This document shows, in pieces, positions 36,508 to 45,862 of a stretch of DNA of 64,000 nt. This DNA comes from an uncultured Chromatiaceae bacterium (GTDB taxonomy: Bacteria > Pseudomonadota > Gammaproteobacteria > Chromatiales > Chromatiaceae), in NCBI GenBank assembly GCA_964583605.1, contig CAZOWL010000006.1, positions 14,976-78,975 of the forward strand, written 5' to 3'. Position 1 is the first letter of the stretch. Each line of letters starts with the position of its first letter. The notes beneath the pieces were generated by a model that saw only the letters and a program-made list of their open reading frames with translations, was not told the origin of the DNA and did not search any database. The translations under genes and the position numbers were made by a program.

Positions 36508-36664
36508 CGTTGAAACCGTCCGCGTCGTAGACATGACTCAGGCGGTTGCGGTCATCGACAGCGGTCAGCAGCGCGAGGTCATCGTCCTCGGAGAGGTGGC
36601 CGGCCAGATACCAGGCCTTGACGACTGCGCGGCTAGATTGTGCCGAGCCGGAGCGATCGGTCCG
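36508..36664 (-). pseudogene. Relic of a HEPN-type (HI0074-like nucleotidyltransferase substrate-binding) toxin-antitoxin gene, truncated at both ends
   Basis: Minus-strand frame reads ...AVVKAWYLAGHLSEDDDLALLTAVDDRNRLSHVYDADGFN, containing an Rx4H HEPN motif (RNRLSH). An in-frame TAG lies just upstream and there is no start codon. The reading frame runs straight into the MITE at 36507. Confidence 0.45.
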
Positions 36665-36888
36665 CTACTCTGCGCTACTCTCTTCAATCTTAACGCCCCA
36701 GGCTCCTGCCCAACCCGGCTCTGAGACCGGCGGGTGGCGACGCGCCCAAGCCCGCACCGATGGCCGCGCTCCTGGGCTTGGCCGCCGTGCAGCGTTCCTC
36801 CCGTAAACCTCAGCAACGCCGTCGTTGTTTGCGCGGCGATCTCCCGCAGGTCATTGCTACGAATCGTCTGTTAAGCGAGGTTCACAGC

Positions 36889-37305
36889 ATGCGCATTGCA
36901 CTTGCCTGCCGTGTTTGCGGGACGGCGCTCAGTCCAGGTCGCAACTGGAGTCTCGGCCCGGCCAGTTCACAGTACTGCTCGGAGGACTGTCGCAGCCGCG
37001 GCGTGACGCGGCGAGATCGGGATGTGGAGGAAGCCATTTTGGAGCTTCTCAGGGATCGTTCCACGGACGGTTCCGTCTCCCCAAGCGACGTCGCTCGAGC
37101 GGTGTCGGAGGACAAAGGCTGGAGCGTCGAAGTCGAGCGTGTACACATGGCTGCGCGTCGTCTGCAGCGCGCCGGGCGAATTCAGATCGCTGGAAGGGCT
37201 CGTGCCGCCGATTCCAGCCGCCAGAAAGGCGCGATTCGCCTCAAGCTTCGGGAGTTTGGCGCGACGCAGAGCGTTCGGCTGGCGCTCAAAGAGGTCGGCC
37301 TGTAG
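36889..37305 (+). CDS. DUF2256-like zinc-ribbon / DUF3253-like winged-helix protein
   Basis: N-terminal CRVCGTAL...YCSEDCRSRG (C4), then ILELLRDRSTDGSVSPSDVARAV...VHMAARRLQRAGRIQI. Confidence 0.6.
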   Translation: MRIALACRVCGTALSPGRNWSLGPASSQYCSEDCRSRGVTRRDRDVEEAILELLRDRSTDGSVSPSDVARAVSEDKGWSVEVERVHMAARRLQRAGRIQIAGRARAADSSRQKGAIRLKLREFGATQSVRLALKEVGL

Positions 37306-37359
37306 CCAGTCGCCCGGAGCGGGCCGGGGTCATCGCTCCGCCCGCGCGTCGGTGGGTGG

Positions 37360-40300
37360 CTACGCGAGCATCTGCTCGACGACCGAGCTGACCTGCTCCA
37401 GGCGCCGGGCGGGATCGGCCATGTCGCGATAGAAGCGCAGCTTGTCGCCCCCGTCGAGCTTGAGCTCCTTGGGGTGCCTCTGGATCAGCTGGACGAGTCG
37501 GGACGGATCGACCTTGGTGTCTCGCTCGAACTGGATGCGCCCGCTGCTCGCACCGGCCTCGATCTTGCGGATGCCGTAGGGCTGGACCCGCAGCTTGAGC
37601 GCCGTGATCGCAAAGAGATTCTTCACCGGCTCCGGGAGCAGGCCGAAGCGGTCGATCATCTCGACTTGGAGCTCATCGAGCTCGGCGCGGCTAGCGGCGC
37701 TGGCGATGCGCTTGTAGAGCACCAGTCGGGCGTGCACGTCCGGCAGATAATCACTTGGTAGCAGGGCCGGGAGCTGTAGATCGATCTCGGCGCCGTGATC
37801 GAGCGGCCGGTCGAGCTCGGGTGTCCGGCCGGCCTTGAGCGCCTGCACCGCGCGCTCGAGGAGATCCATGTAGAGCGAGAACCCGACCTCGTGGATCTGG
37901 CCGCTCTGCTCGTCGCCAAGCAGCTCGCCGGCGCCGCGGATCTCCAAGTCATGGGTGGCGAGCGTGAAGCCGGCCCCGAGGTCTTCGAGCGACTCGATCG
38001 CCTCGAGGCGTTTCTTCGCATCCTCGGTCATCACCGTGGGCGGCGGCGTGATCAGGTAGGCGTAGGCCCGATGGTGCGAGCGTCCGACCCGGCCCCGGAG
38101 CTGATGGAGCTGGGCCAGTCCCAGCTTGTCCGCACGGTTGATGACGATGGTGTTGGCGCTCGGCACGTCGATGCCGCTCTCGATGATGGTCGTGCACACC
38201 AGCAGGTTGAAGCGCTGGTGGTAGAAGTCGCGCATCACCCGTTCGAGCTCGCGCTCGCGCATCTGGCCGTGGGCGATCTCGGTGCGCGCTTCCGGTACCA
38301 GCTCGATCAGCTTCTGCGCCTGCGCCTCGATCGACTCGACCTCATTGTGCAGGAAGTAGACCTGGCCGCCGCGCTTGAGCTCGCGCAGGCAGGCCTCGCG
38401 GATCAGCACATCGTTCCAGGGCGCGACGAAGGTCTTGATCGGGTGACGTTCGACCGGCGGTGTGGCGATGATCGAGAGGTCGCGCAGACCCGACATCGCC
38501 ATGTTCAGCGTGCGCGGGATCGGCGTTGCGGTCAGCGTTAGGACGTCGACCTCGGCGCGCAATGCCTTCAGCGCCTCCTTATGACGCACGCCGAAGCGGT
38601 GCTCTTCGTCGATGATCGCGAGCCCCAGGTTCTTGAACCGCACCGTACCCTGCAGCAGCTTGTGGGTGCCGATGACGATATCCAGCGTGCCGTCGGCCAG
38701 CCCCTCGAGGATCCGTTTCTGCTCCTTGGCCGTGCGGAAGCGCGACAGGCTCTCGACCCGTATCGGCCAGTCGGCAAAGCGGTCGGAGAAGTTCTCAAAG
38801 TGCTGCTGGGCGAGCAGCGTCGTCGGCACCAGCACGGCGACCTGGCGGCCGCCCTGTACTGCGACGAAGGCGGCGCGCATCGCCACCTCGGTCTTGCCAA
38901 AGCCGACGTCGCCGCAAACCACGCGGTCCATCGGCTTGGGATCGGCCATATCGGCGAGGACTGCTTCGATGGCATGGCCCTGATCCGGCGTCTCCTCGAA
39001 CGGAAAGGCCTCGGCGAAGGCCGCGTACTCGACGTTGCTTAGCGGGAAGGCGATCCCGTTGCGCGCGGCGCGGCGCGCGTAGATGTCAAGGAGCTCGGCC
39101 GCGACATCATGGGCTTGTTGCGCGGCGCGACGTTTGATCCGATCCCATTGGTCGCCACCGAGGCGGTGCAACGGTGCCTGCTCCGGCGATGACCCGGTGT
39201 AGCGCGAGATCAGGTGCAGCGATGAGACCGGGACATAAAGCTTGTCGCCGCGGGCATACTCGAGCGTCAGGAACTCGGTCGTCAAACCGCCGACGGTGAG
39301 TGTCTCCAGGCCGCGATAACGGCCGACGCCGTGGTCCTCGTGGACGACCGGCGCCCCTTCGGTCAGCTCCGTCAGATTGCGGACCACCGACTCGTTGTCA
39401 CGCTCGCGGGCGCGGCGGCGGCGCTCCTGCCGTACCCGCTCGCCGAATAGCTGCGTCTCGGTGACGATGGCGAGCTCGGCGTCGGTCAGCCACAGGCCTT
39501 GCTCCAGCGGCGCGACGGTTAGCCCGACCGACGCATCGCCCGCGGCGAATTCGGCCCAGCCGCGCAGCAGCTGAGGCCGGATACCGAAGCCGCGCAGGTG
39601 CTCGGCGAGCATCTCGCGCCGCCCCGTGCTCTCAGCGGCAAGCAGGACGCGTCGGCCCGCCGCCGCGATGAAGTCCTGCAGGGCCTGGGCCGGATGTGCC
39701 GCCCGAGCCTGGATGGCGAGTGGCGGCAGCGTCTTCGTGTTGAAGTGGCACAGCGCGCTGTAGCCCTTGGCCCGCTCCGGAAAGGCACCACCGCGGTAGC
39801 GCACGCCAGTCATGCGATTGAGGCGTGCGGCGAGCTCGTCGGCGCGCAGATAGAGCCGTGCCGGGGGCAGCGGCGGGCGCTCGATGTCGTAGCGTCGCTG
39901 CTCATAGCGCTCGGCGACCTCATCGAGGAACCGGGCCGCCGCCTCGCGGCAGCCGTCGGCCTCGATGACCAGTGTGTCCTCGGGCAGGTAGTCGAAGAGG
40001 CTCGCCGTCTCATCGAAGAACAGCGGCAGGTAGTACTCGATACCGCCGGGCGCGCGCGACTCGGAGACCTCGCGGTAGACCAGGCTCTGCCTTGGATCGC
40101 CCTCGATCGCGGCGCGATAGCGCTGACGAAAGGCGCTGATCGCCGATTCGGTCAACGGCAGCTCGCGCGCCGGCAGGAGCCGGATGCGCCCGACCTTCGC
40201 GAGCGAGCGCTGGCTGTCAGGGTCGAACGTGCGCAGGCTCTCGACCTCGTCGTCGAAGAGATCGATGCGGTACGGGACGTCGCTGCCCATCGGGAAGACG

Positions 40301-40941
40301 TCGAACAGGGAGCCGCGCACCGCGAACTCGCCGTGCGCGATCACCTGTGAGACGCACTGATAGCCCGCCTGCTCGAGGCGCCGACGCGTGGCGTCCAGGT
40401 CGAGCGCGTCGCCGACCTCGAGCACCAGCGAGTGGCCATCGAGATAGGTCCGGGGCGGCAACCGCTGTAGCAGAGTTGCTACCGGGACGACAAGCACCCC
40501 GCGGCGCAGCCCGGGCAGCCGATAGAGGGTCGCCAGGCGCTCGGAGACCAGCTCGGGGAGCGGCGAGAAGACGTCGTAGGGCAGGGTCTCCCAATCCGGG
40601 AAGGTGAGGATAGACAGGCGCGCGTCATCGCCGTCCTCGGACGGCGCGGCCTGACGATCCTTGCCCACGGTTGCGCCCGCGCCCAGCCCAGCGCTTTGAG
40701 TCTCGCCGTCTCGGAAAAAGCCCAGCTCGTTGCGTAGCCGATTGGCCGATGGCACGTCCTCGACCAAGACCAGCACCATCTGCTCGCTTCGGCGCGTCGC
40801 TGCGGCGATCGCCAGTGCCTGGCTCGCCCCGTAGAGACGCCCCCACTGCACGCGCCCTCCGGCTCGCTCAGGCAGCGGCGGACCGAGGGCAGAATGGAGC
40901 TGCGGCTCGTCAAGGACGGAGGTGGGGGACGACATAGGCAA
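37360..40941 (-). CDS. mfd: Transcription-repair coupling factor
   Basis: 1193 aa with CGDVGFGKTEVAMRAAF (Walker A), IIDEEHRFGV (DEEH box), a QLHQLRGRVGRS helicase motif and UvrB-homology N-terminal modules. Confidence 0.95.
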   Translation of the reverse strand: MPMSSPTSVLDEPQLHSALGPPLPERAGGRVQWGRLYGASQALAIAAATRRSEQMVLVLVEDVPSANRLRNELGFFRDGETQSAGLGAGATVGKDRQAAPSEDGDDARLSILTFPDWETLPYDVFSPLPELVSERLATLYRLPGLRRGVLVVPVATLLQRLPPRTYLDGHSLVLEVGDALDLDATRRRLEQAGYQCVSQVIAHGEFAVRGSLFDVFPMGSDVPYRIDLFDDEVESLRTFDPDSQRSLAKVGRIRLLPARELPLTESAISAFRQRYRAAIEGDPRQSLVYREVSESRAPGGIEYYLPLFFDETASLFDYLPEDTLVIEADGCREAAARFLDEVAERYEQRRYDIERPPLPPARLYLRADELAARLNRMTGVRYRGGAFPERAKGYSALCHFNTKTLPPLAIQARAAHPAQALQDFIAAAGRRVLLAAESTGRREMLAEHLRGFGIRPQLLRGWAEFAAGDASVGLTVAPLEQGLWLTDAELAIVTETQLFGERVRQERRRRARERDNESVVRNLTELTEGAPVVHEDHGVGRYRGLETLTVGGLTTEFLTLEYARGDKLYVPVSSLHLISRYTGSSPEQAPLHRLGGDQWDRIKRRAAQQAHDVAAELLDIYARRAARNGIAFPLSNVEYAAFAEAFPFEETPDQGHAIEAVLADMADPKPMDRVVCGDVGFGKTEVAMRAAFVAVQGGRQVAVLVPTTLLAQQHFENFSDRFADWPIRVESLSRFRTAKEQKRILEGLADGTLDIVIGTHKLLQGTVRFKNLGLAIIDEEHRFGVRHKEALKALRAEVDVLTLTATPIPRTLNMAMSGLRDLSIIATPPVERHPIKTFVAPWNDVLIREACLRELKRGGQVYFLHNEVESIEAQAQKLIELVPEARTEIAHGQMRERELERVMRDFYHQRFNLLVCTTIIESGIDVPSANTIVINRADKLGLAQLHQLRGRVGRSHHRAYAYLITPPPTVMTEDAKKRLEAIESLEDLGAGFTLATHDLEIRGAGELLGDEQSGQIHEVGFSLYMDLLERAVQALKAGRTPELDRPLDHGAEIDLQLPALLPSDYLPDVHARLVLYKRIASAASRAELDELQVEMIDRFGLLPEPVKNLFAITALKLRVQPYGIRKIEAGASSGRIQFERDTKVDPSRLVQLIQRHPKELKLDGGDKLRFYRDMADPARRLEQVSSVVEQMLA

Positions 40942-41140
40942 ATGAGCTAGCTGGTCGGATCAGGACAGGAGTGTGCGTATTCTGACGATCTTGTCGACTC
41001 CGGCGAGAGCCGAGATTCTCGCACAGCCTCGCAGGCAGTGCAGCGCGGCGGAAGGCGATCGTGCAGCGGCCGTGCGGTGTCGCTCCCAGGCTCACCGCTG
41101 ATGACAAAGGCGCGGGTGAAGCGGTAACATCCGTCTTCTA

Positions 41141-41214
41141 GGCTGAGTGGCAGAGTGGTTATGCAGCGGCCTGCAAAGCCGTGTACCTCGGTTCGATTCC
41201 GGGCTCAGCCTCCA
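41141..41214 (+). tRNA. tRNA-Cys (anticodon GCA)
   Basis: GGCTGAGTGGCAGAGTGGTTATGCAGCGGCCTGCAAAGCCGTGTACCTCGGTTCGATTCCGGGCTCAGCCTCCA. Acceptor stem GGCTGAG/CTCAGCC, anticodon loop CTGCAAA, encoded CCA. Confidence 0.95.
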
Positions 41215-41417
41215 ACTCCCCACCAGCACACGAACGGCCCGTTTCTGCCGTTCGGTGCCTCGCCCGCTATGCCATTGCTACTAGGCCGCAGCGCCGTCAG
41301 TCCTCCCGCCCAGCTGACCGCCGGCTCGACCGCACCAATTTCTGGGTTGCTCCGGCGCGGGGCCATCGCTGGCCGCGCGAGATCGATGCGCGGATCACTG
41401 GCCATGTGCGTGGCAAG

Positions 41418-41804
41418 TTACGCGATCCTGCTCAACGCCCCCCGGACATATGGCCCGAGAATCAGAATCCCGATCGCCACGGAGCCGAGAGCCGCGAGGA
41501 GCACCGCACCGGCCGCGACATCCTTGGCTTTGCCGACGAGGGGATGAAAGTCCGGAGATGCGACGTCCGCGAGGAGTTCAAGAGCGGTGTTGAGTGCCTC
41601 TGCTGTCCACACCGACATCATGGCCAGCACGAGCCAACACCATTCATAGGCAGTGACTCCGAAGTAGAGTCCGCCGACGATCACCAGGATGGTCGCTACA
41701 GCGTGTATCCATGCATTGTGCTGTGTCGCGAGCATCAAGGCGATGCCCCTGAGCGCCTGTCGTAGGCTGCGGATGCGCGCGCTTGCTGTGAAGGTTCTAT
41801 TCAT
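41418..41804 (-). CDS. dgkA: Diacylglycerol kinase
   Basis: 128 aa with 3 TM helices: ATQHNAWIHAVATILVIVGG, WTAEALNTALELLAD and [17 protein letters not shown], as in DgkA. Confidence 0.85.
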   Translation of the reverse strand: MNRTFTASARIRSLRQALRGIALMLATQHNAWIHAVATILVIVGGLYFGVTAYEWCWLVLAMMSVWTAEALNTALELLADVASPDFHPLVGKAKDVAAGAVLLAALGSVAIGILILGPYVRGALSRIA

Positions 41805-42117
41805 GTCTTGCTCCGCAATCCGCGGTAGCTGGCGGCTCGCGCCGAGGGGCGAAGGCTGCCGTCTCTCCGTCCCGCAAACCTGCGAACAATCCCGACACAG
41901 GGGGCGACCCCGCGCGTGGCAGATCTCACGGCGCGAGCCGATCGGCTCCCGTCGCCCACTTCCATACTGCTTTCACAGTCGTTACGCGGTCGTTGCACCA
42001 ACGGGTTGTAGCCTTCTCGCTGTCGCAGGCGCGGAGGACTTCAGCTTCGAGGTTGGAGCGGAGCGAACTGCGCGCGACTTCGTCGTAAGGTCCCACAACC
42101 CTGATAAGGAGCGACCA

Positions 42118-42642
42118 ATGAGAAACATTATTGCACTGTCCACGACGATCCTAGCCCTGCTTGCCTCGGCGACCGCTTCGGCCGAGCTACGCCCGGGCGG
42201 CCCCGTTTGGTCAGCCGAGGGGCGCATCGACCGCCGCATCGAGCTCATGACCGAGCGGCTCGATTTGACGGCCGAGCAGCAGGCGGAGATACGCGACATC
42301 CTCGAGGCGCAGGCCCTGACGAGGAGGGAGCAGCGCGCGGCCGTTCGTCAGCAGATCGAGGCCGTGCTGACCAACGAGCAGCTCGCGATGCGCGATGAGG
42401 AGATAGCCAGACGTGTCGACCGGCGGGTGGCGCGCCTCGCCGATCGTCTCGGGCTTAGCGCCGAGCAGGAGGCCGAAGTGCGGACCCTGATGGGCGAGCC
42501 CAGCGATCCGGCCGACTGGGATCGCGGCGCGATGCGCGAGCGCCTGGCTGGCATACTGAGTGACGATCAGCTGGCGCAGCTCGACGCGATGGGTACCCGT
42601 CGCGGCTATCGCGATGGCCGCGCAGGCGGGTGCGCACGCTAG
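42118..42642 (+). CDS. Periplasmic Spy/CpxP-family (LTxxQ-repeat) stress protein
   Basis: ATG after AAGGAG. Signal peptide MRNIIALSTTILALLASATASA. LTxxQ-type repeats (LDLTAEQQAEIRDIL, VLTNEQLAMRDEE, LGLSAEQEAEVRTLM, LSDDQLAQLDAM). Confidence 0.75.
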   Translation: MRNIIALSTTILALLASATASAELRPGGPVWSAEGRIDRRIELMTERLDLTAEQQAEIRDILEAQALTRREQRAAVRQQIEAVLTNEQLAMRDEEIARRVDRRVARLADRLGLSAEQEAEVRTLMGEPSDPADWDRGAMRERLAGILSDDQLAQLDAMGTRRGYRDGRAGGCAR

Positions 42643-42711
42643 CCGATCCGTCGACGAGCGAGCCCAGAGAGGGCCGCTCGTTCACGCCGCGCTGCGCAAT
42701 CGAGGTGCTCG

Positions 42712-44202
42712 TTGAGCCTGTCCATCCGTACCAAGCTGTTCCTGACGTTGCTGATCGCAGGCACCCTGGCCGTGGTAGCCACGCACGCATTCGTTTACTG
42801 GTCATTTCGTCACGGATTGATGGAGCTTGCCGAGGCCCGCCAGCGGGACCGGCTGGGGCTGATCCGTGAGCGCCTCACGGAGCGGTTCCGAGAGGACCAC
42901 AGCTGGAAGCGGCTCGCCGAGGATCGGGCGCTATGGCTTGCGGCGTTGGCCGGGCATGGCGACGCACCCGGTCCGCGACACCGCTTCCGTCACCACCTTG
43001 TGCCTGAGGCGCCGAATGGCGGCTCCGGCATCCAGCGGTATCCTCGGCAGGACGCGCCCGGGGTGTGGCCCCCGTCACGCGTCCTGAGACGGGCTCGTGG
43101 CGCGGAGGGTCGGCCGCTGCCGCTCGAGATGCGGCTCATGTTGCTCGATGCTACCGGCGAGATCGTCTACGGCCGGCAGGAGCTCCTCCAGAATGCGGTG
43201 CGATTTCCACTGAGGCTGGACGGCGAGCGCATCGGCGAGCTGGCCCTGGTCCCCGGCCCACTGATCCACGAGACAGGGGAGCTGCGTTTCAAGGAGAGCC
43301 AGACCTCGGCCTTCGTCGCGATCGCCCTCGGTATGATCCTGCTCTCCGCGCTCTTCGCGTACCCGCTGTCCGAACGCCTCTCTCGGCCGATCCTGGCCTT
43401 CCGGGATGCGGCACGGCGACTCGCCGATGGTGACTTCGCTGCCCGCGTGCCGACTGACCGCCGCGACGAGCTCGGCCGCCTGGGCCGTGACATCAATACG
43501 CTGGCTGAGACCCTGGAGCAGAACGAGCAGGCGCGTCGCCGCTGGGTCGCGGACATCTCTCACGAGCTGCGCACCCCTTTGGCCCTCTTGCGGGCCGAGC
43601 TCGAGGCCCTGCAGGACGGCGTGCGTCCAATCGAGCGCACCGCCGTGGACTCGCTGCACGCCGATGTGCTGCGCCTGAGCCGACTTGTCGACGACCTCTA
43701 CGAGCTGTCGATGACCGACCTCGGCGCGCTGGCCTACCGTAAGACGGAGACCGATCTGGCCGAGGTCCTGCAGGAGGGGCTGAACGCCTACCGCGCCGAG
43801 CTCGCCGGGGCCGGCCTCGAGCTCGCGCTTGAGAACCGCCTGGGCGAGCCCGTGGTCTTGCAGACAGACCCGCACCGTCTCTCTCAGCTGTTCCGTAATC
43901 TGTTGCGCAACAGCCTCGAGTACACTGACGCTGGTGGCGGTCTTACCGTCACTGTCGGCAAAGAGCTCGATGAGCTGGTCATCGATTTCCAGGACACGGC
44001 CCCGGGAGTGCCGGTGCAGTCGCTGCCACACCTCTTCGAGCGACTCTATCGGGTCGAGGTCTCGCGCAGCCGCAACGCGGGCGGGGCCGGCCTTGGTCTG
44101 GCCATCTGCCGAAACATTGTCGAGGCGCATGGGGGGACCATTCAGGCCCGTCCATCGCCTTACGGCGGACTGTGGATCCGCATTCAGCTGCCCATTGCGT
44201 GA
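42712..44202 (+). CDS. Two-component sensor histidine kinase, BaeS-like
   Basis: Two TM helices, HAMP, a HisKA box WVADISHELRTPLALL and HATPase motifs (NLLRNSLEYT, DTAPGV, GGAGLGLAICRNIVEAHGG). TTG start. Confidence 0.85.
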   Translation: MSLSIRTKLFLTLLIAGTLAVVATHAFVYWSFRHGLMELAEARQRDRLGLIRERLTERFREDHSWKRLAEDRALWLAALAGHGDAPGPRHRFRHHLVPEAPNGGSGIQRYPRQDAPGVWPPSRVLRRARGAEGRPLPLEMRLMLLDATGEIVYGRQELLQNAVRFPLRLDGERIGELALVPGPLIHETGELRFKESQTSAFVAIALGMILLSALFAYPLSERLSRPILAFRDAARRLADGDFAARVPTDRRDELGRLGRDINTLAETLEQNEQARRRWVADISHELRTPLALLRAELEALQDGVRPIERTAVDSLHADVLRLSRLVDDLYELSMTDLGALAYRKTETDLAEVLQEGLNAYRAELAGAGLELALENRLGEPVVLQTDPHRLSQLFRNLLRNSLEYTDAGGGLTVTVGKELDELVIDFQDTAPGVPVQSLPHLFERLYRVEVSRSRNAGGAGLGLAICRNIVEAHGGTIQARPSPYGGLWIRIQLPIA

Positions 44203-44888
44203 TGAGAGACACCATCCTGATCGTCGAAGACGAAGAGCGGCTTGCCGAGGTGCTTGCCGACTATCTCAAGGCGGCCGGCTATGCGACAAACCAGCTCGGC
44301 GATGGGACGCACGCCGTCGCTTGGGTGCGCCAGCACCAGCTGGCCCTGATCCTATTGGACCTGATGCTTCCCGGCCGCAGCGGGCTCGACATCTGCCGAG
44401 ACATCCGGGCCTTCAGCGCAGTGCCAATCATCATGACCACGGCTCGCGTCGAGGAGATCGATCGCCTGCTCGGCCTCGAGCTAGGCGCCGACGACTATGT
44501 CTGCAAGCCCTACAGCCCGCGCGAGGTGGTGGCACGGGTCAAGGCTGTCCTTCGCCGCACTGGTCTCTCTCAGGGGAGTCAACCCGGGTGCCTGACGCTC
44601 GATGCGGACAGCTTACGGGTGCGCAGCGGAGCGCGTGAGGTTGAGCTGACAGCGGTCGAGTTCGCGTTGCTGCGGACCCTGCACTCAGCGCCGGGACGGA
44701 TCTTCTCTCGTGACCGCCTGATACAGCGGATCTACAACGATCATCGGATCGTCTCCGACCGCACGATCGACAGTCACATCAAGAAGCTCCGGCGCAAGCT
44801 TGCGGAACTGGCTCCAGAGCTGGATCTCATCCACTCGGTCTATGGCGTCGGCTATCGCTACGAGGAGCGACCGATGCGAATCGCCTGA
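44202..44888 (+). CDS. OmpR-family response regulator, BaeR-like
   Basis: ILIVEDEERLAEVLADYLKAAGY...LILLDLMLPGRSGLDICRDIRAFSAVPIIMTTARVEEIDRLLGLELGADDYVCKPYSPREVVARVKAVLRR is very close to E. coli BaeR. The start overlaps the kinase stop (TGATG). Confidence 0.85.
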   Translation: MRDTILIVEDEERLAEVLADYLKAAGYATNQLGDGTHAVAWVRQHQLALILLDLMLPGRSGLDICRDIRAFSAVPIIMTTARVEEIDRLLGLELGADDYVCKPYSPREVVARVKAVLRRTGLSQGSQPGCLTLDADSLRVRSGAREVELTAVEFALLRTLHSAPGRIFSRDRLIQRIYNDHRIVSDRTIDSHIKKLRRKLAELAPELDLIHSVYGVGYRYEERPMRIA

Positions 44889-44953
44889 AGACCATGCCAT
44901 TCGCTAGCTTCCTGAGAAGCCCGGCCCGTACACCACTTTCCCTTCCGGACCCA

Positions 44954-45080
44954 TTACAATGAATTTCGCGAAGCACGTTCGCTCCCTCGCCCTCTGGGAG
45001 AGGGTTGGGGTGAGGGAACGATCAAGGGCGAGGCGACCTTTCATCATCTGGGGTGGCTCGCCTCGCCCCATGATCGTTAG
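44954..45080 (-). repeat. MITE-like repeat, full copy (left boundary of the lower-G+C cassette)
   Basis: TTACAATGAATTTCGCGAAGCACGTTCGCTCCCTCGCCCTCTGGGAGAGGGTTGGGGTGAGGGAACGATCAAGGGCGAGGCGA...CTCGCCTCGCCCCATGATCGTTAG. Confidence 0.9.
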
Positions 45081-45099
45081 CAGAAGAATGGAGATACGC

Positions 45100-45795
45100 A
45101 TGACCGTTATAAAGAAGGCTTGGCTCTTGTTGTCTTGTCTATTGTTGCTCATCCTGTTCTATGGCACGGCTTACGCCGAAGGAGCAGCAAGTGCATCCGA
45201 TGAGTCGGCCCAAGCATCGGACACCGACAAGTTCTCAACACGCAGGCCCGTGGTGATCAACTATTTTGGCAAGGTCAATGCCACAAATGCGGGTTATCTC
45301 GCGCGGATCATTCTCGACGAGGTCGCGAACAATAACCGCGACTTCCACATTAACATCAATAGCACTGGCGGCGACCCGGATTCAGGGCTTGCGGCATTCA
45401 ACATCATAGAAAGCCTTCCGGTGACCGTTACGACATTCAACGCCAATGAGGTGCAATCGGCGGCCGTCCATTTATACTGCCTTGGCGAGAGAAAATATGC
45501 CTATCCTGAGTCATTCTTTATGATCCACCCTGTGAAATGGAAGATCGATGATCTAACAATGACCGATATTCAGGCAAAATATCTTCACTCCCAGGTTATC
45601 GATCAACGAATAGGGAATATCGCAGAATCCTGCATGGATATTTCGAGAGACGAAATTCGGGAGTATTTCAACGGCAATCAGGATTTCTACTTCACTGCGG
45701 AGCAGGCGAAGTCGATCGGTCTGGTCGATGAGATATCGAGCAGGAATTTCATTCCGAAAAAGGTCTATTTGGTTTCCGACGACTATCGGGGGTAG
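45100..45795 (+). CDS. Secreted or membrane-anchored ClpP-fold serine protease (NfeD/SDH-type)
   Basis: Signal/anchor MTVIKKAWLLLSCLLLLILFYGTAYA. NINSTGGDPDSGLAAFNII, a catalytic-Ser context ANEVQSAAVHLYCLG and a His context SFFMIHPV follow the ClpP/NfeD order. The gene is conspicuously A/T-richer than all its neighbours. Confidence 0.7.
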   Translation: MTVIKKAWLLLSCLLLLILFYGTAYAEGAASASDESAQASDTDKFSTRRPVVINYFGKVNATNAGYLARIILDEVANNNRDFHININSTGGDPDSGLAAFNIIESLPVTVTTFNANEVQSAAVHLYCLGERKYAYPESFFMIHPVKWKIDDLTMTDIQAKYLHSQVIDQRIGNIAESCMDISRDEIREYFNGNQDFYFTAEQAKSIGLVDEISSRNFIPKKVYLVSDDYRG

Positions 45796-45862
45796 GGCCA
45801 ATGAGAATAGACACAACAGGCCCTATTCTTGGACCTGAACGGGGCCTTCGTCCCGTCACTAC

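Noticed and set aside
41215-41417. Genomic-island or integrase insertion next to tRNA-Cys (and next to tRNA-Gln at 30449-30590).
   Set aside because: There is no integrase, no direct repeat of the tRNA 3' end and no compositional break downstream. The flanking genes are ordinary (dgkA, prs).
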